Of a stretch of DNA of 32,444 nucleotides, positions 1 through 9,445 are shown piece after piece; positions within the stretch are counted from its first letter, which is position 1, and each line of letters starts with the position of its first letter. A program made the position numbers and the translations under genes. The DNA lies in the IMG/VR virus record IMGVR_UViG_3300028586_000058, positions 1-32,444 of that record; one strand, 5' to 3'. This DNA comes from a virus (taxonomy: Duplodnaviria > Caudoviricetes). Below the pieces are notes generated by a model. That model was given only the letters and a program-made list of their open reading frames with translations. It was not told the origin of the DNA and ran no database searches.

Positions 1-138
1 CCAACGGAGGCTCCGGTGGATAACCTGCTGCCGCCCAATGCGACCCCGCTCGAGCGCCGCCTGGCCGAGGTGGGCGCGACGATCGCCGGCGTGCCGGTCC
101 CGGTGCGCGACGTGTGGAACCCCGACACCTGCCCGGTG
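1..138 (+). repeat. Terminal direct overlap, left copy (circularisation overlap)
   Basis: Matches 32307-32444 except position 12 (T) vs 32318 (G). Confidence 0.95.
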
Positions 139-633
139 GAGTTCCTGCCCTTCCTCGCAGCTGCCGTTTCGGTGGACCGCTGGGACGCCAACTGGACCGA
201 GAAGACGAAGCGCGGCGTCATCAAGGCGGCCTATTTCGTCCACAAGCAGAAGGGCACGATCGGCGCGCTGCGCCGCGTGGTCGAGCCGCTGGGCTTCCTG
301 ATTCAGGTCCTGGAATGGTGGGAAACCACCCCGCCAGGCCCGCGCGGGACCTTTCGCCTGGATATCGGCGTGCTCGATACCGGCATCACCGAGGAAATGT
401 ATCTCGAGCTGGAACGCCTGATCGATGACGCCAAACCGCTGACCCGGCACCTGCTCGGCCTGGCTATCAGCGTCGAAGTGCGCGGCACCAGGTACGTGGG
501 CGCCGCCAGCTACCTGGGCGACGAGCTGACCGTCTACCCGTACACCCCGACCGTGATCGTGTCGGCCGGCCAGTGGAGCACCACCGGCGCCGCGCACCTG
601 ATCGACACCCTGACAGTTCACCCGAAACACTGA
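16..633 (+). CDS. gpI: Baseplate/tail protein I (P2 gpI)
   Basis: LLPPNATPLERRL, WNPDTCP, FLPFLA..SVDRWD..W, HKQKGT motifs; follows gpJ across the circular junction; GTG start with GGAGG upstream. Confidence 0.95.
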   Translation: MDNLLPPNATPLERRLAEVGATIAGVPVPVRDVWNPDTCPVEFLPFLAAAVSVDRWDANWTEKTKRGVIKAAYFVHKQKGTIGALRRVVEPLGFLIQVLEWWETTPPGPRGTFRLDIGVLDTGITEEMYLELERLIDDAKPLTRHLLGLAISVEVRGTRYVGAASYLGDELTVYPYTPTVIVSAGQWSTTGAAHLIDTLTVHPKH

Positions 634-640
634 GGAAAGC

Positions 641-2044
641 ATGGCTGATATTCAACAGATTTACTTTACGACCCTGACGGCCGTAGGCGAGGCGAAGGAC
701 GCCAAGGCCAAGGCCCTGGGCACGCCAATCAAATTTACCGAGATGGCGGTAGGCGATGGCGGCGGCGTGCTGCCTGTGCCGGATCGCACGCGCACGGCAC
801 TGGTCAACATGAAGCGCAAGGCCCTGATCAACACCCTGAAACAGGACCCGAAGAACCCGGGCCAGCTGATCGCCGAACAGGTCATCCCCGAAGACGAGGG
901 CGGCTGGTGGATTCGTGAGCTGGGCCTGTACGACTCGGACGGCGACCTGTTCGCGATCGCCAACTGCCCCGAAACCTACAAGCCGGTCCTGGCCCAGGGT
1001 TCGGGCCGCACCCAGGTTGTCCGCATGGTCCTGGTGATGACGAGCGCGGCGTCTGTGCAGCTCAAGGTCGACCCGTCCGTTGTCCTGGCTACCCGGCAGT
1101 ACGTGGACGACCAGGACGCCGCGCACGCCGCTGCAGCCGACCCGCACCCGCAATACCTGACCGAGGCCGAAGGCCAGGCCAGGATCGCGGCCGCGATCGC
1201 CGCCCTGGTGGCTTCGTCGCCCTCCACGCTCGATACCCTGGCCGAGCTGGCGGCCGCCCTGGGCAACGACAAGGACTTTGCTGCCACGATGATGGCCGCC
1301 CTGGGCCTGAAAGCGCCGCTGGCGTCGCCTGCCCTGACCGGCAACCCGACCGCACCTACCCAGGCGCGCATCAGCTCGAGCACGCGCCTGGCGACGATGG
1401 AAGCGCTGCGCAAGAACGGATCCAGTCATTCGGCTGTGGTCCAGTATTCGGGCAATGCCGCCCTGACGGCGGCCGACGCAGTGGGCAACCTGGTGATCGC
1501 ATACGGCACCCAAGGCCCGGTGACGTTCACCTTGCCCCGGGCGGCCGACTGTTTCGACGGCGCCTCGATCTCGTTCTTCAACGCTGGCGGCTTCCCCATC
1601 ACGTTGAACGCCGGCGCCGGAACCGACTACATCAACATCGGCGCGGGCAACCGGGCCTCCGTGACGATCAAGCCAGGCGAAACCCTGAACCTGTCCCTGT
1701 TCGCCACCCCATCGGCCTGGCAATGCTTCGGCGGCTCGGCACAGCTCGCCAATGCCGGCGGCTTCAAAGCATCGTTCATGCGGCCAGGTTACGCGCAGTT
1801 CCCGAACGGTCTGATCCTGCAGTTCGGTCTGGACTCGAGCGGCGACGACCTGAACGGGCGCCTCATCTCGTTCCCGATCGCCTTCCCGAACACCGCCTTG
1901 ATTGTGATGGCTACGGATAGCGGCAATGTCTGCGCCGCATCAGGTTGCACGCCGATTTCGACCACTCAATTCAAGCTGTACGGCAAGGACTACAACGGCA
2001 ACTACGGCTCCTTTGGCCTGTTCTGGTTCGCCATCGGTTTCTGA
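641..2044 (+). CDS. gpH: Tail fibre protein (P2 gpH-like)
   Basis: P2-type N-terminus (LTAVGEAK..MAVGDGGG..EQVIPEDEGGWWIRELGL..NCPETYKP..GSGRTQ), LDTLAELAAALGND and KAPLASPALTG.PTAPT motifs, C-terminal GY.QFPNGLILQ.G..FPIAFPN domain. Confidence 0.93.
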   Translation: MADIQQIYFTTLTAVGEAKDAKAKALGTPIKFTEMAVGDGGGVLPVPDRTRTALVNMKRKALINTLKQDPKNPGQLIAEQVIPEDEGGWWIRELGLYDSDGDLFAIANCPETYKPVLAQGSGRTQVVRMVLVMTSAASVQLKVDPSVVLATRQYVDDQDAAHAAAADPHPQYLTEAEGQARIAAAIAALVASSPSTLDTLAELAAALGNDKDFAATMMAALGLKAPLASPALTGNPTAPTQARISSSTRLATMEALRKNGSSHSAVVQYSGNAALTAADAVGNLVIAYGTQGPVTFTLPRAADCFDGASISFFNAGGFPITLNAGAGTDYINIGAGNRASVTIKPGETLNLSLFATPSAWQCFGGSAQLANAGGFKASFMRPGYAQFPNGLILQFGLDSSGDDLNGRLISFPIAFPNTALIVMATDSGNVCAASGCTPISTTQFKLYGKDYNGNYGSFGLFWFAIGF

Positions 2045-2058
2045 TTAGGAAAACAACC

Positions 2059-2511
2059 ATGACCCCTAAAACGATGTACTACTCCCCGACTACCAAGGGC
2101 TTCTATCCCGCCGATATGCGGCATGTGTACGAAGCTGCAGGCACCTGGCCGGCCGATGCTGAGGCGATCACGGCCGAGCGTGAGGCCGAGCTGCGCGCAG
2201 TCCCGGCGCCGACATTTGCCAGCCTGGCCGCCACATTCCTGGCTGGCGTTCGCACCACGCGCGAGGCCATCCTGAACCGCCTCGCCGGCATCGGCCTGGC
2301 CGCCCTGGTCGATGGCGACACCGGCATGGCCGAGGCGATCGCCCAGGCGCGCCGCCAGCTGCTCGATATCACCGAGGCGCCCGAAGTGCTGGCCGCGATC
2401 GACGCCGAGAACATGGTCGACCTCGAGGACGCGGTGAAGGCCCGTTACAAGGCGATCGCCGCCGGCGTGCCGCTCGAGGTGCGCAACGCTTTCAACAAGG
2501 TGTCGCTGTGA
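2059..2511 (+). CDS. Tail fibre assembly/chaperone protein (gpG position)
   Basis: ATG 2059 after AGGA RBS; N-terminal YYSPTTKGFY...WPADA motif typical of tail fibre assembly proteins; directly after the fibre. Confidence 0.7.
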   Translation: MTPKTMYYSPTTKGFYPADMRHVYEAAGTWPADAEAITAEREAELRAVPAPTFASLAATFLAGVRTTREAILNRLAGIGLAALVDGDTGMAEAIAQARRQLLDITEAPEVLAAIDAENMVDLEDAVKARYKAIAAGVPLEVRNAFNKVSL

Positions 2512-2912
2512 TGGCCGCCGTCCTGGACTTCCTGCAGCTGGTCCTGCAGGCCGGTGGCGCCGGCACCGCGCACGCCCTCGAGGCCGCGGCCTGGGGATTC
2601 GCCTCGTTCTACCTGCTGTGGGTCCTGTACCTGGCGGTGATGAACCTGCAGCGCGCCCGCGACGCCGGCACGCTGACGCGGCCGGCCTACTGCCTGGGCC
2701 TGCCGTTGCTGTATTTCGGCCTGCTGGTCGATTGCCTGGTCAACGTGATCCCGGTGTCCGTGCTGTTCCTCGAGCTGCCGCGCGAGCTGCTGGTGACCCA
2801 ACGACTGACCCGCCATGCCCATGACGTTGACGGCTGGCGTAAGCGCCTGGCGATCTGGTTCGCCTACCACCTGCTCGACACGTTCGACCCGAGCGGGAAG
2901 CACGTCAAGTAA
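2511..2912 (+). CDS. Hypothetical membrane protein in tail operon
   Basis: TGATG coupling to upstream gene (alternative GTG at 2508); hydrophobic segments; genome-typical codon usage. Confidence 0.75.
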   Translation: MAAVLDFLQLVLQAGGAGTAHALEAAAWGFASFYLLWVLYLAVMNLQRARDAGTLTRPAYCLGLPLLYFGLLVDCLVNVIPVSVLFLELPRELLVTQRLTRHAHDVDGWRKRLAIWFAYHLLDTFDPSGKHVK

Positions 2913-2946
2913 CACCCTTTCATCCCCCAAACTAGGAGCAACAAGC

Positions 2947-4122
2947 ATGGCAACCGATTACCACCACGGCGCCCGCACCATCGAAATCAACGAAGGTTCG
3001 CGCCCGATCCGCACTATCTCGACGGCCGTTGTCGGCCTGGTCGCCACCGCGGCCGACGCCGACGCCGCGGCCTTCCCGCTGAACAAGCCGGTCCTGTTGA
3101 CCGACATCGTTTCGGCGATCGGCAAGGCCGGCAAGACCGGCACCCTGGCGCGCGCCTTGAAGGCCATCGCCCTGCAGACCAAGCCTGTGACCATCGTTGT
3201 GCGCGTCGAAGAAGGCGACGACGCCGCCGAGACGACCAGCAACGTGATCGGCACCACGACCCCGGACGGCCAAAAGACCGGCATCCAAGCGCTGATGTCG
3301 GCGCAGTCCGCGTTCGGCATCAAGCCGCGCATCCTGGGCGCGCCAGGCCTGGACACCGTGGCCGTGGCAAACGCCCTGGTCGCGGCCGCACAAAAGCTGC
3401 GCGGCTTCGCCTACGTCGCCGCCCACGGCTGCGCTACCAAGGAAGAAGCGACCGCCTACCGCGATGGTTTCGGCCAGCGCGAGATCATGGTCATGTGGCC
3501 GAATTTCATCAGCTGGGACACCACCGCGAACGCGGACGTCGAAACCCCGGCCGTGGCGTTCGCCCTGGGCCTGCGCGCCAAGATCGACGAAGAAACCGGC
3601 TGGCATAAAACCCTGTCGAACGTCACCGTCAACGGCCCGACCGGCGTTTCCAAGCCAGTGTTCTGGGACCTGCAGGACCCGGCGACCGATGCCGGCTACC
3701 TGAACGAACAGGACGTCACGACCCTGATCCGCTCGGGCGGTTTCCGCTTCTGGGGCAGCCGTACCTGCTCGGAGGATCCGCTGTTCGCTTTCGAGAACTA
3801 CACCCGCACCGCCCAGGTCCTGGCCGACACGATGGCCGACGCGCATATGTGGGCGATCGACAAGGCGATGCACCCCTCCCTGGTGCGCGACATTGTGGAA
3901 GGCATCAACGCCAAGTTCCGCGAGCTGATCGCCGGCGGCTACCTGATCGGCGGCAGCGCCTGGTTCGACGCCTCGGCCAACACGGCTGACACGCTCAAGG
4001 CCGGCAAGCTGTACATCGACTACGACTACACGCCGGTACCGCCGCTGGAAAACCTGATGCTGCGCCAGCGCATCACCGACCAATACCTGATCGACTTCGC
4101 CGCCGCCGTCGCGGCCGCGTAA
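2947..4122 (+). CDS. gpFI: Tail sheath protein (P2 gpFI)
   Basis: Start MATDYHHG after AGGAG; KPRILGAPG, GWHKTLSN, GFRFWGSRT, DYDYTPVPPLENL motifs. Confidence 0.97.
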   Translation: MATDYHHGARTIEINEGSRPIRTISTAVVGLVATAADADAAAFPLNKPVLLTDIVSAIGKAGKTGTLARALKAIALQTKPVTIVVRVEEGDDAAETTSNVIGTTTPDGQKTGIQALMSAQSAFGIKPRILGAPGLDTVAVANALVAAAQKLRGFAYVAAHGCATKEEATAYRDGFGQREIMVMWPNFISWDTTANADVETPAVAFALGLRAKIDEETGWHKTLSNVTVNGPTGVSKPVFWDLQDPATDAGYLNEQDVTTLIRSGGFRFWGSRTCSEDPLFAFENYTRTAQVLADTMADAHMWAIDKAMHPSLVRDIVEGINAKFRELIAGGYLIGGSAWFDASANTADTLKAGKLYIDYDYTPVPPLENLMLRQRITDQYLIDFAAAVAAA

Positions 4123-4150
4123 CGCGATCCCTCTCAACTAGGAGAACAAC

Positions 4151-4660
4151 ATGGGCCTGCCCAAGAAACTGAAAAACTTCAACGTGTTCAACGATGGCAA
4201 CAGCTACCAAGGCCAGGTTGACGAAATCACCCTGCCGAAGCTGACGCGCAAGATGGAAGAATGGCGCGGCGCCGGCATGAACGGCCCGATCAAGTACGAC
4301 CAGGGCCAGGAAGCCATGACCCTGGAATGGACGGTCGGCGGCCTCATGCGCGAAGTGCTCGCACAGTGGGGCGTGACCACCTTCAACGGCGTGATGGTCC
4401 GCTTCGCCGGTGCATACCAGGCGGCCGACTCGGACGCCGTGGACGCGGTGGAAATCGTCGTGCGCGGCCGCCACAGCGAGATCGACATGGGTTCGGCCAA
4501 GGCCGGCGAAGAAACCAGCATGAAGATCGTCACCGAGCTGAGCTACTACAAGCTGACCATCAACGGCCAGGACGTGATCGAAATCGACTTCCTGGGCATG
4601 GTCGAAAAGGTCAACGGCAAGGACGGCCTGGCCGCGATTCGCCAGGCGATCGGCCTGTAA
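4151..4660 (+). CDS. gpFII: Tail tube protein (P2 gpFII)
   Basis: LPKKLKNFNVF..LPKLTRKMEE..RGAGM..YYKLTING; follows FI; AGGAG RBS. Confidence 0.97.
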   Translation: MGLPKKLKNFNVFNDGNSYQGQVDEITLPKLTRKMEEWRGAGMNGPIKYDQGQEAMTLEWTVGGLMREVLAQWGVTTFNGVMVRFAGAYQAADSDAVDAVEIVVRGRHSEIDMGSAKAGEETSMKIVTELSYYKLTINGQDVIEIDFLGMVEKVNGKDGLAAIRQAIGL

Positions 4661-4666
4661 TGCCCC

Positions 4667-4690
4667 GGCCGTCCGGACACCCGGGCGGCC
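4667..4690 (+). promoter_or_regulatory. GC stem-loop between FII and E (mRNA stability element or partial terminator)
   Basis: GGCCGTCCGG-ACAC-CCGGGCGGCC, 10-bp stem with one G-U pair, no U-tract. Confidence 0.4.
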
Positions 4691-4719
4691 TCCCTCTCCC
4701 CTGAAACAGCGAGCACAAC

Positions 4720-5052
4720 ATGAACATCGAAAAGACCGAAGCCACCGCCACCACCAAGGCCCCGAACACCATCGAACTGGACTACCCGATCAAGCGCGGC
4801 GACCAGGTGATCGACACCATCACCCTGCGCAAGCCGACCGCCGGCGAGTTGCGCGGGACCTCCCTCAACGACCTGGCGAACCTGCAGTACGACGCCATGC
4901 AAAAGGTCCTGCCGCGCATCAGCACGCCGACCCTGACCGAGGCCGACGTCGCCCGCCTGGACCCGGCCGACTTCATGCAGCTGGGGGGTGTGTTCGCCGG
5001 TTTTTTGCTGCCGAAGGCGCAGAAAGCGAGTATGGGATTCCCAACCGAGTAG
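4720..5052 (+). CDS. gpE: Tail assembly chaperone (P2 gpE)
   Basis: L..PIKRG..I..ITLRKP.AGELRG..VLPRIS.P.LT..LDPAD motif; lies between FII and T. Confidence 0.93.
   Translation: MNIEKTEATATTKAPNTIELDYPIKRGDQVIDTITLRKPTAGELRGTSLNDLANLQYDAMQKVLPRISTPTLTEADVARLDPADFMQLGGVFAGFLLPKAQKASMGFPTE
5001..5007 (+). promoter_or_regulatory. -1 programmed ribosomal frameshift site TTTTTTG producing gpE+E'
   Basis: GGT TTT TTG in gpE frame, as in P2 E; G-rich SD-like run at 4983-4988; -1 frame open to TAA at 5178-5180. Confidence 0.85.
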
Positions 5053-5060
5053 AGGACGCA

Positions 5061-5180
5061 ATGGCCGATATCGCCGTGGTATTCCACTGGACGCCCCAGG
5101 CGATGGACGGCTTTTCCCTGGCTGAATTGATGGACTGGCGCGAGCGTGCGCGGGTCCGTAGTAGCAACGAAAGCGAATAA
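5061..5180 (+). CDS. gpE': gpE' extension (C-terminus of frameshifted gpE+E', fusion 4720-5180)
   Basis: Manual translation MADIAVVFHWTPQAMDGFSLAELMDWRERARVRSSNESE matches the P2 GpE' motif; not in ORF track. Confidence 0.88.
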   Translation: MADIAVVFHWTPQAMDGFSLAELMDWRERARVRSSNESE

Positions 5181-7819
5181 TGGCGAACGACCTCAACTTG
5201 CGCGTGCTGTTCGGGATGGTGGATCGCGTCACCAGGCCGCTGCGCACCATCCTCTCGGCGAACAACCAGACCGCCACCTCCTTGCAGGCGACGCGCGACC
5301 GGCTCAAGGAGCTGGGCAAGACGCAGCGCGATATCGGCGCATTCCGCGACCTGCGCGCCGGCGCCGACGCCACCGGCAACGAACTGGCCCAGGCGCGCGC
5401 CAAGGTGGCCGCCCTGGCCCAGGCACTCCACGCCAACGGCCCGCCGACCCAGGCAATGGTGCGCGACTTTGAAGCGGCCAAGGCCGCGGCCGCGCGCCTC
5501 AAGGACCAGCACCGCCAGCAGCACGCCCAGCTCGCGCAGCTGCGCACGCGCCTGGCCGGCGCCGGCGTCGATACCCGCAACCTGTCCCAGCACGAACGCG
5601 ACCTGCGCGCGAACATGGAGCGGACCACCGAGGAAATGCAGCGGCAGCAGCGCGAGCTGGCCCAGCTGGCCGAACGCCAGCGGCGCCTCGGCGAAGCGCG
5701 CGAGCGCATGAACGCGGCCCAGGCTACCGCCGGCAAGCTCGCCGGCACCGGCGCCGGCATGATGGCCGCCGGCGCCGCCACTGGCGCCGCCCTCACCGTC
5801 CCTGTCACCGAGTACGCCAAGGCCGAGGATTCCGCGGCCCAGCTCAAGGGCGCACTGATGAAGGCCGGCGCCGTAGTCCCTCCCGAGTTCCAGAAGATCA
5901 ACGACCTGGCCTTGAAGATGGGCGACTCCCTCCCGGGCACCACCGCCGATTTTCAGGACATGATGACCATGCTGGTGCGCCAGGGCATTTCCGCGAAAGC
6001 GATCCTGGGCGGCATGGGCGAGGCGACCGCCTACCTGGGCGTGCAGCTGAAAAAGGGACCGGCCGACGCCGCCGAGTTCGCCGCCAAGCTGCAGGACGCG
6101 ACCAAGACCGCCGAGGGCGACATGCTGTCGCTCATGGACGTGGTGCAGAAATCGTTCAACCTGGGCGTCGATGACGGCAACATGCTGCAGGGCTTCGTCA
6201 AGCTCGCGCCGGCAATGGACACCATCAAGCAACGCGGCATCGAGGGCGCCAAGGCGATGGCCCCGCTGCTGGTGATGGCCGACCAGGCCGGCATGGCCGG
6301 CGAAGTGGCCGGCAACGCCTACCGGAAGATTTTCCAGCTGGGCATGGACGCCAAGAAAATGGGGAACGTGAACAAGCTGCTCGGCAAAGGGATGAAGATC
6401 GACTTTACCGATGGCAAGGGCGAGTTCGGCGGCCTGGACAACCTGTTCAAGCAGCTGGACAAGATCAAGGGCCTGAGCACGCAGAAGCGCCTGGCCGTGC
6501 TCAAGGAAGGATTCGGCGACGACGCCGAAACCCTGGGCGTGCTGTCCGTCCTGATGGAAAAGGGCGCGGCCGGCTATGCCGAGGTGCAGGCCAAGATGGC
6601 CGCCCAGGCCTCCCTGCAGGAGCGCGTGAACGACCAGTTGGGCACCCTCAAGAATCTGTGGGAAGCAGCCGGCGGCACGTTCGCCAACACGATGGTGGCA
6701 TTCGGCCAGGCGATCGCGCCCGAGCTGAAAGCCGTCACCACCTGGTTGACCGATACGGCCCAGGCAACCGGCGAATGGGCACGCGAGAACCCGCGCCTGG
6801 CCGGCGGCCTGATGAAGGCGGCCGCGGCCCTGGCAATCGTCCTGACCGTGGGCGGCGCCCTGGTCCTGATGCTGGCGGCCGTGCTCGGCCCGCTCGCCAT
6901 GCTGCGGTTCAGCATGACGACCCTCGGCCTGCAGGGCGGGATCCTGGCGCGCGTGCTCGGCGCCGGCGCCGCCGCGCTGCGCCTGGTGTCTTCGGCCGTC
7001 ATGTTCCTGGGCCGCGCGCTGCTGATGAACCCCATCGGCCTGGCCGTGACCGCGATCGCCGTCGCCGCGCTGCTGATCTACAAATACTGGGACCCGATCA
7101 AGGCCTTCTTCGGTGGACTGTGGGACCAGGTGCGCACCGCTTTTAGCGGTGGCATCGGCGCGATCGGCGCGCTGATCCTGAACTGGTCCCCTGTCGGCCT
7201 GTTCTACCAGGCGTTCGCGGCCGTGATGTCCTACTTCGGTGTCGATATGCCGGCCAAGTTCTCCACGTTCGGCGCGAACATCATCGCCGGCCTGGTGAAC
7301 GGGATCACCAGCGGCCTGGGGGCTGTGAAAACGGCGATCACCTCGGCAGCTGACAGCACCGTGGGCTGGTTCAAGGAGAAGCTGGGGATCCACAGCCCGA
7401 GCCGCGTATTCGGCGACCTGGGCGGGTTCATCAGCGAGGGCGCCGCGATCGGCATCGGCGACGGCCAGGGCAAGGTGGCCAAGGCCGCGGCCGCCCTGGC
7501 TGCAGTGGCGACGACCTCGTTCGGCGCGCCGAACATGGCGGCCGCCGCCCAGCTGGGCGCGAGCAACGCCGCCACGGCCGCGATCACGGCGCCGGTCCCG
7601 ATCGACGCGCGCAAGACCGTGCTCGCGCCTGCAGCGGCCAGCCCGGGCAGCGCCGGCGCCGGCGCGCCTGCAGCTGCAGCCGGCCCGACCAGCTACTCGA
7701 TCAACATCAACACCGCACCAGGTGCGGATCCGGCCGCGATCGCGCGCATGGTGGCCGCCGAGATTGAACGCCTCGAGCGGGCCAAGCAGGCACGCCGCGG
7801 CTCGCGCCTGACCGACTAA
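5180..7819 (+). CDS. gpT: Tail tape measure protein (P2 gpT)
   Basis: 879 aa, Ala-rich helical, NPIGL and LGIHSPSRVF motifs; lies between E' and U. Confidence 0.95.
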   Translation: MANDLNLRVLFGMVDRVTRPLRTILSANNQTATSLQATRDRLKELGKTQRDIGAFRDLRAGADATGNELAQARAKVAALAQALHANGPPTQAMVRDFEAAKAAAARLKDQHRQQHAQLAQLRTRLAGAGVDTRNLSQHERDLRANMERTTEEMQRQQRELAQLAERQRRLGEARERMNAAQATAGKLAGTGAGMMAAGAATGAALTVPVTEYAKAEDSAAQLKGALMKAGAVVPPEFQKINDLALKMGDSLPGTTADFQDMMTMLVRQGISAKAILGGMGEATAYLGVQLKKGPADAAEFAAKLQDATKTAEGDMLSLMDVVQKSFNLGVDDGNMLQGFVKLAPAMDTIKQRGIEGAKAMAPLLVMADQAGMAGEVAGNAYRKIFQLGMDAKKMGNVNKLLGKGMKIDFTDGKGEFGGLDNLFKQLDKIKGLSTQKRLAVLKEGFGDDAETLGVLSVLMEKGAAGYAEVQAKMAAQASLQERVNDQLGTLKNLWEAAGGTFANTMVAFGQAIAPELKAVTTWLTDTAQATGEWARENPRLAGGLMKAAAALAIVLTVGGALVLMLAAVLGPLAMLRFSMTTLGLQGGILARVLGAGAAALRLVSSAVMFLGRALLMNPIGLAVTAIAVAALLIYKYWDPIKAFFGGLWDQVRTAFSGGIGAIGALILNWSPVGLFYQAFAAVMSYFGVDMPAKFSTFGANIIAGLVNGITSGLGAVKTAITSAADSTVGWFKEKLGIHSPSRVFGDLGGFISEGAAIGIGDGQGKVAKAAAALAAVATTSFGAPNMAAAAQLGASNAATAAITAPVPIDARKTVLAPAAASPGSAGAGAPAAAAGPTSYSININTAPGADPAAIARMVAAEIERLERAKQARRGSRLTD

Positions 7820-7832
7820 AGGAGAAGAAGCC

Positions 7833-8258
7833 ATGATGCTGGCCCTGGATCAATTCGTGTTCAGTATGGACACCCTGCCCTGGCAAGAGCTGCAGCGGCA
7901 GACCCAATGGAAGCACCGCGGGAACTCGCGCGTCGGCGCGCGGGATTCCCGCCAGTACCTCGGCCCGGGCGACGACCTGGTGACGATCACCGGCGTGCTG
8001 GTCCCGCAAATCACCGGCAGCGCGCAGTCCCTCGAGGACCTGCGCGCGATGGCCGACGCCGGCGAAGCGTATGTCCTGGTCGACGCCACCGGCCTGGTGT
8101 ACGGGGCGTTCGTCATCGAAGCTGTGAGCGAAACCCAGGGCGGGCACGACAAGGAAGGCGCCGCCCGCCGCGTCGACTTTACGGTGGGCCTGACCCGGGT
8201 TGACGATCGCCAGCTGGCCGAACAACTGGAAGCGAGCTATGCAACAGCCAACGCCTGA
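7833..8258 (+). CDS. gpU: Tail protein U (P2 gpU)
   Basis: MM.L..FVF..TLP.QELQR..W.H..NSRVG.R...QYLGPG motif. Confidence 0.95.
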   Translation: MMLALDQFVFSMDTLPWQELQRQTQWKHRGNSRVGARDSRQYLGPGDDLVTITGVLVPQITGSAQSLEDLRAMADAGEAYVLVDATGLVYGAFVIEAVSETQGGHDKEGAARRVDFTVGLTRVDDRQLAEQLEASYATANA

Positions 8259-9246
8259 TTTTTCCGTCACCCTGGACGGCCAGAACTTGAGCACCAGGAT
8301 AGCGCCGCGCCTCATCAGCCTGACCGTGAGCGAGTGCCGAGGCGACGAAGCCGACCAGCTCGACCTGGTACTGGATGACAGCGACGGCCGCCTGGCCCTG
8401 CCGAACAAAGGCGCCGTGCTGGCCCTGTCGATGGGCTGGGCCGGCCAGGCCCTGGTCGACAAGGGCACATTTACCGTGGACGAGGTGGAGCACAGCGGCG
8501 CGCCCGACACCATCACCGTGCGCGCGCGCAGTGCGTCGATGACCAAGAACATGGGCGAGCGCCAGGAAAAAAGCTGGCACGGCCAGAGCCTGGGCGCGAT
8601 CGTCCGCGCGATCGCCGGCAAGCACAAGCTCAAGCCGACCGTGGGCGACGCCCTCGGCAAGATCGCCATTCCCCATATCGACCAGACCCACGAAAGCGAC
8701 ATGGCTTTCCTCACCCGCCTGGCGAAGCGCTACGACGCCGTGATGACCGTGAAGGAAAGCCGGCTGCTGTTCCTGGCGATCGGCGCCGGCGTCACCGCCA
8801 GCGGCAAGCCGCTGCCCGTTGTCACCATCGAGCGCAGCAGCGGCGACCAGCATCGGTACCACGTCGCCGATCGGGAACAGTACGAGGGGGTGCGCGCCTA
8901 CTGGCACAACGGGGCGAAGGGCAAGCGCCGCACCGTCTACGTGGGCGGCGAGAACGCCCGCAACCTCAAGACCCTGCCGGAGGTCTACGCCACCGAGGGC
9001 GAGGCGCGCGCGGCCGCGAAATCCGAGCTGCAGCGGATCGAGCGCGGCCAGGCCACCCTGGCCTATAGCCTGGCCTTGGGCCGGCCTGAGATTCGGCCCG
9101 AGCTGATCGTCAACGTGCGCGGGTTCAAGCCGCAAATCGACGGGACCGACTGGCTGGTGTCGCGCGCCACGCACACCATTTCAGACGGCGGCCTGCAGAC
9201 TTCCCTCGAGCTGGAACGCGGCGGCGCGCCGGCGGCCAAGCCATAG
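8239..9246 (+). CDS. gpD: Tail/baseplate hub protein D (P2 gpD)
   Basis: RLISLT..RG.EADQL.L.LDDSDG..DKG.FTVDEVEHSGAPD..HIDQT.ESD..FLTRLA; start chosen at ATG 8239. Confidence 0.95.
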   Translation: MQQPTPDFSVTLDGQNLSTRIAPRLISLTVSECRGDEADQLDLVLDDSDGRLALPNKGAVLALSMGWAGQALVDKGTFTVDEVEHSGAPDTITVRARSASMTKNMGERQEKSWHGQSLGAIVRAIAGKHKLKPTVGDALGKIAIPHIDQTHESDMAFLTRLAKRYDAVMTVKESRLLFLAIGAGVTASGKPLPVVTIERSSGDQHRYHVADREQYEGVRAYWHNGAKGKRRTVYVGGENARNLKTLPEVYATEGEARAAAKSELQRIERGQATLAYSLALGRPEIRPELIVNVRGFKPQIDGTDWLVSRATHTISDGGLQTSLELERGGAPAAKP

Positions 9247-9257
9247 CCCCCCGGCGC

Positions 9258-9356
9258 CTACTCCCAGGCCTTCAGCAGCCGCACCAGGTAGTAGGCGCAC
9301 TTCAAGATCGAGGCGACCGCCTCCCCCGCTCTCGCCACCAGTCGCAAACGTCGCAT
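9258..9356 (-). CDS. Unannotated 32-aa small protein MRRLRLVARAGEAVASILKCAYYLVRLLKAWE
   Basis: Manual translation; AAAGGAAAAGGGA immediately before ATG; downstream of a leftward late-type promoter. Confidence 0.55.
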   Translation of the reverse strand: MRRLRLVARAGEAVASILKCAYYLVRLLKAWE

Positions 9357-9445
9357 TCCCTTTTCCTTTCATGTTGAGCCGCAACGATCGCACGCGCAGC
9401 GCCCGGTCCCGCCGGCTGTTTTCCTAACCGGCCCGGGTTGCTCTC

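Noticed and set aside
641-2912. Tail-fibre inversion system driven by the serine recombinase (Gin/Cin/Pin type)
   Set aside because: No inverted alternative fibre C-terminus and no paired inverted crossover sites seen; the only recombinase-type dyad is at 9514-9541
4973-7834. 953-aa minus-strand ORF and similar long antisense ORFs (467-1723, 2932-4137, 13928-15697, 23055-24896, 31124-32434)
   Set aside because: Shadow ORFs opposite well-supported genes in high-GC3 DNA, with no recognisable motifs
9181-9393. 70-aa minus-strand ORF in the ORF track
   Set aside because: Overlaps the gpD 3' end and lacks an RBS; the 32-aa ORF in another frame (9258-9356) has a clear SD and no overlap
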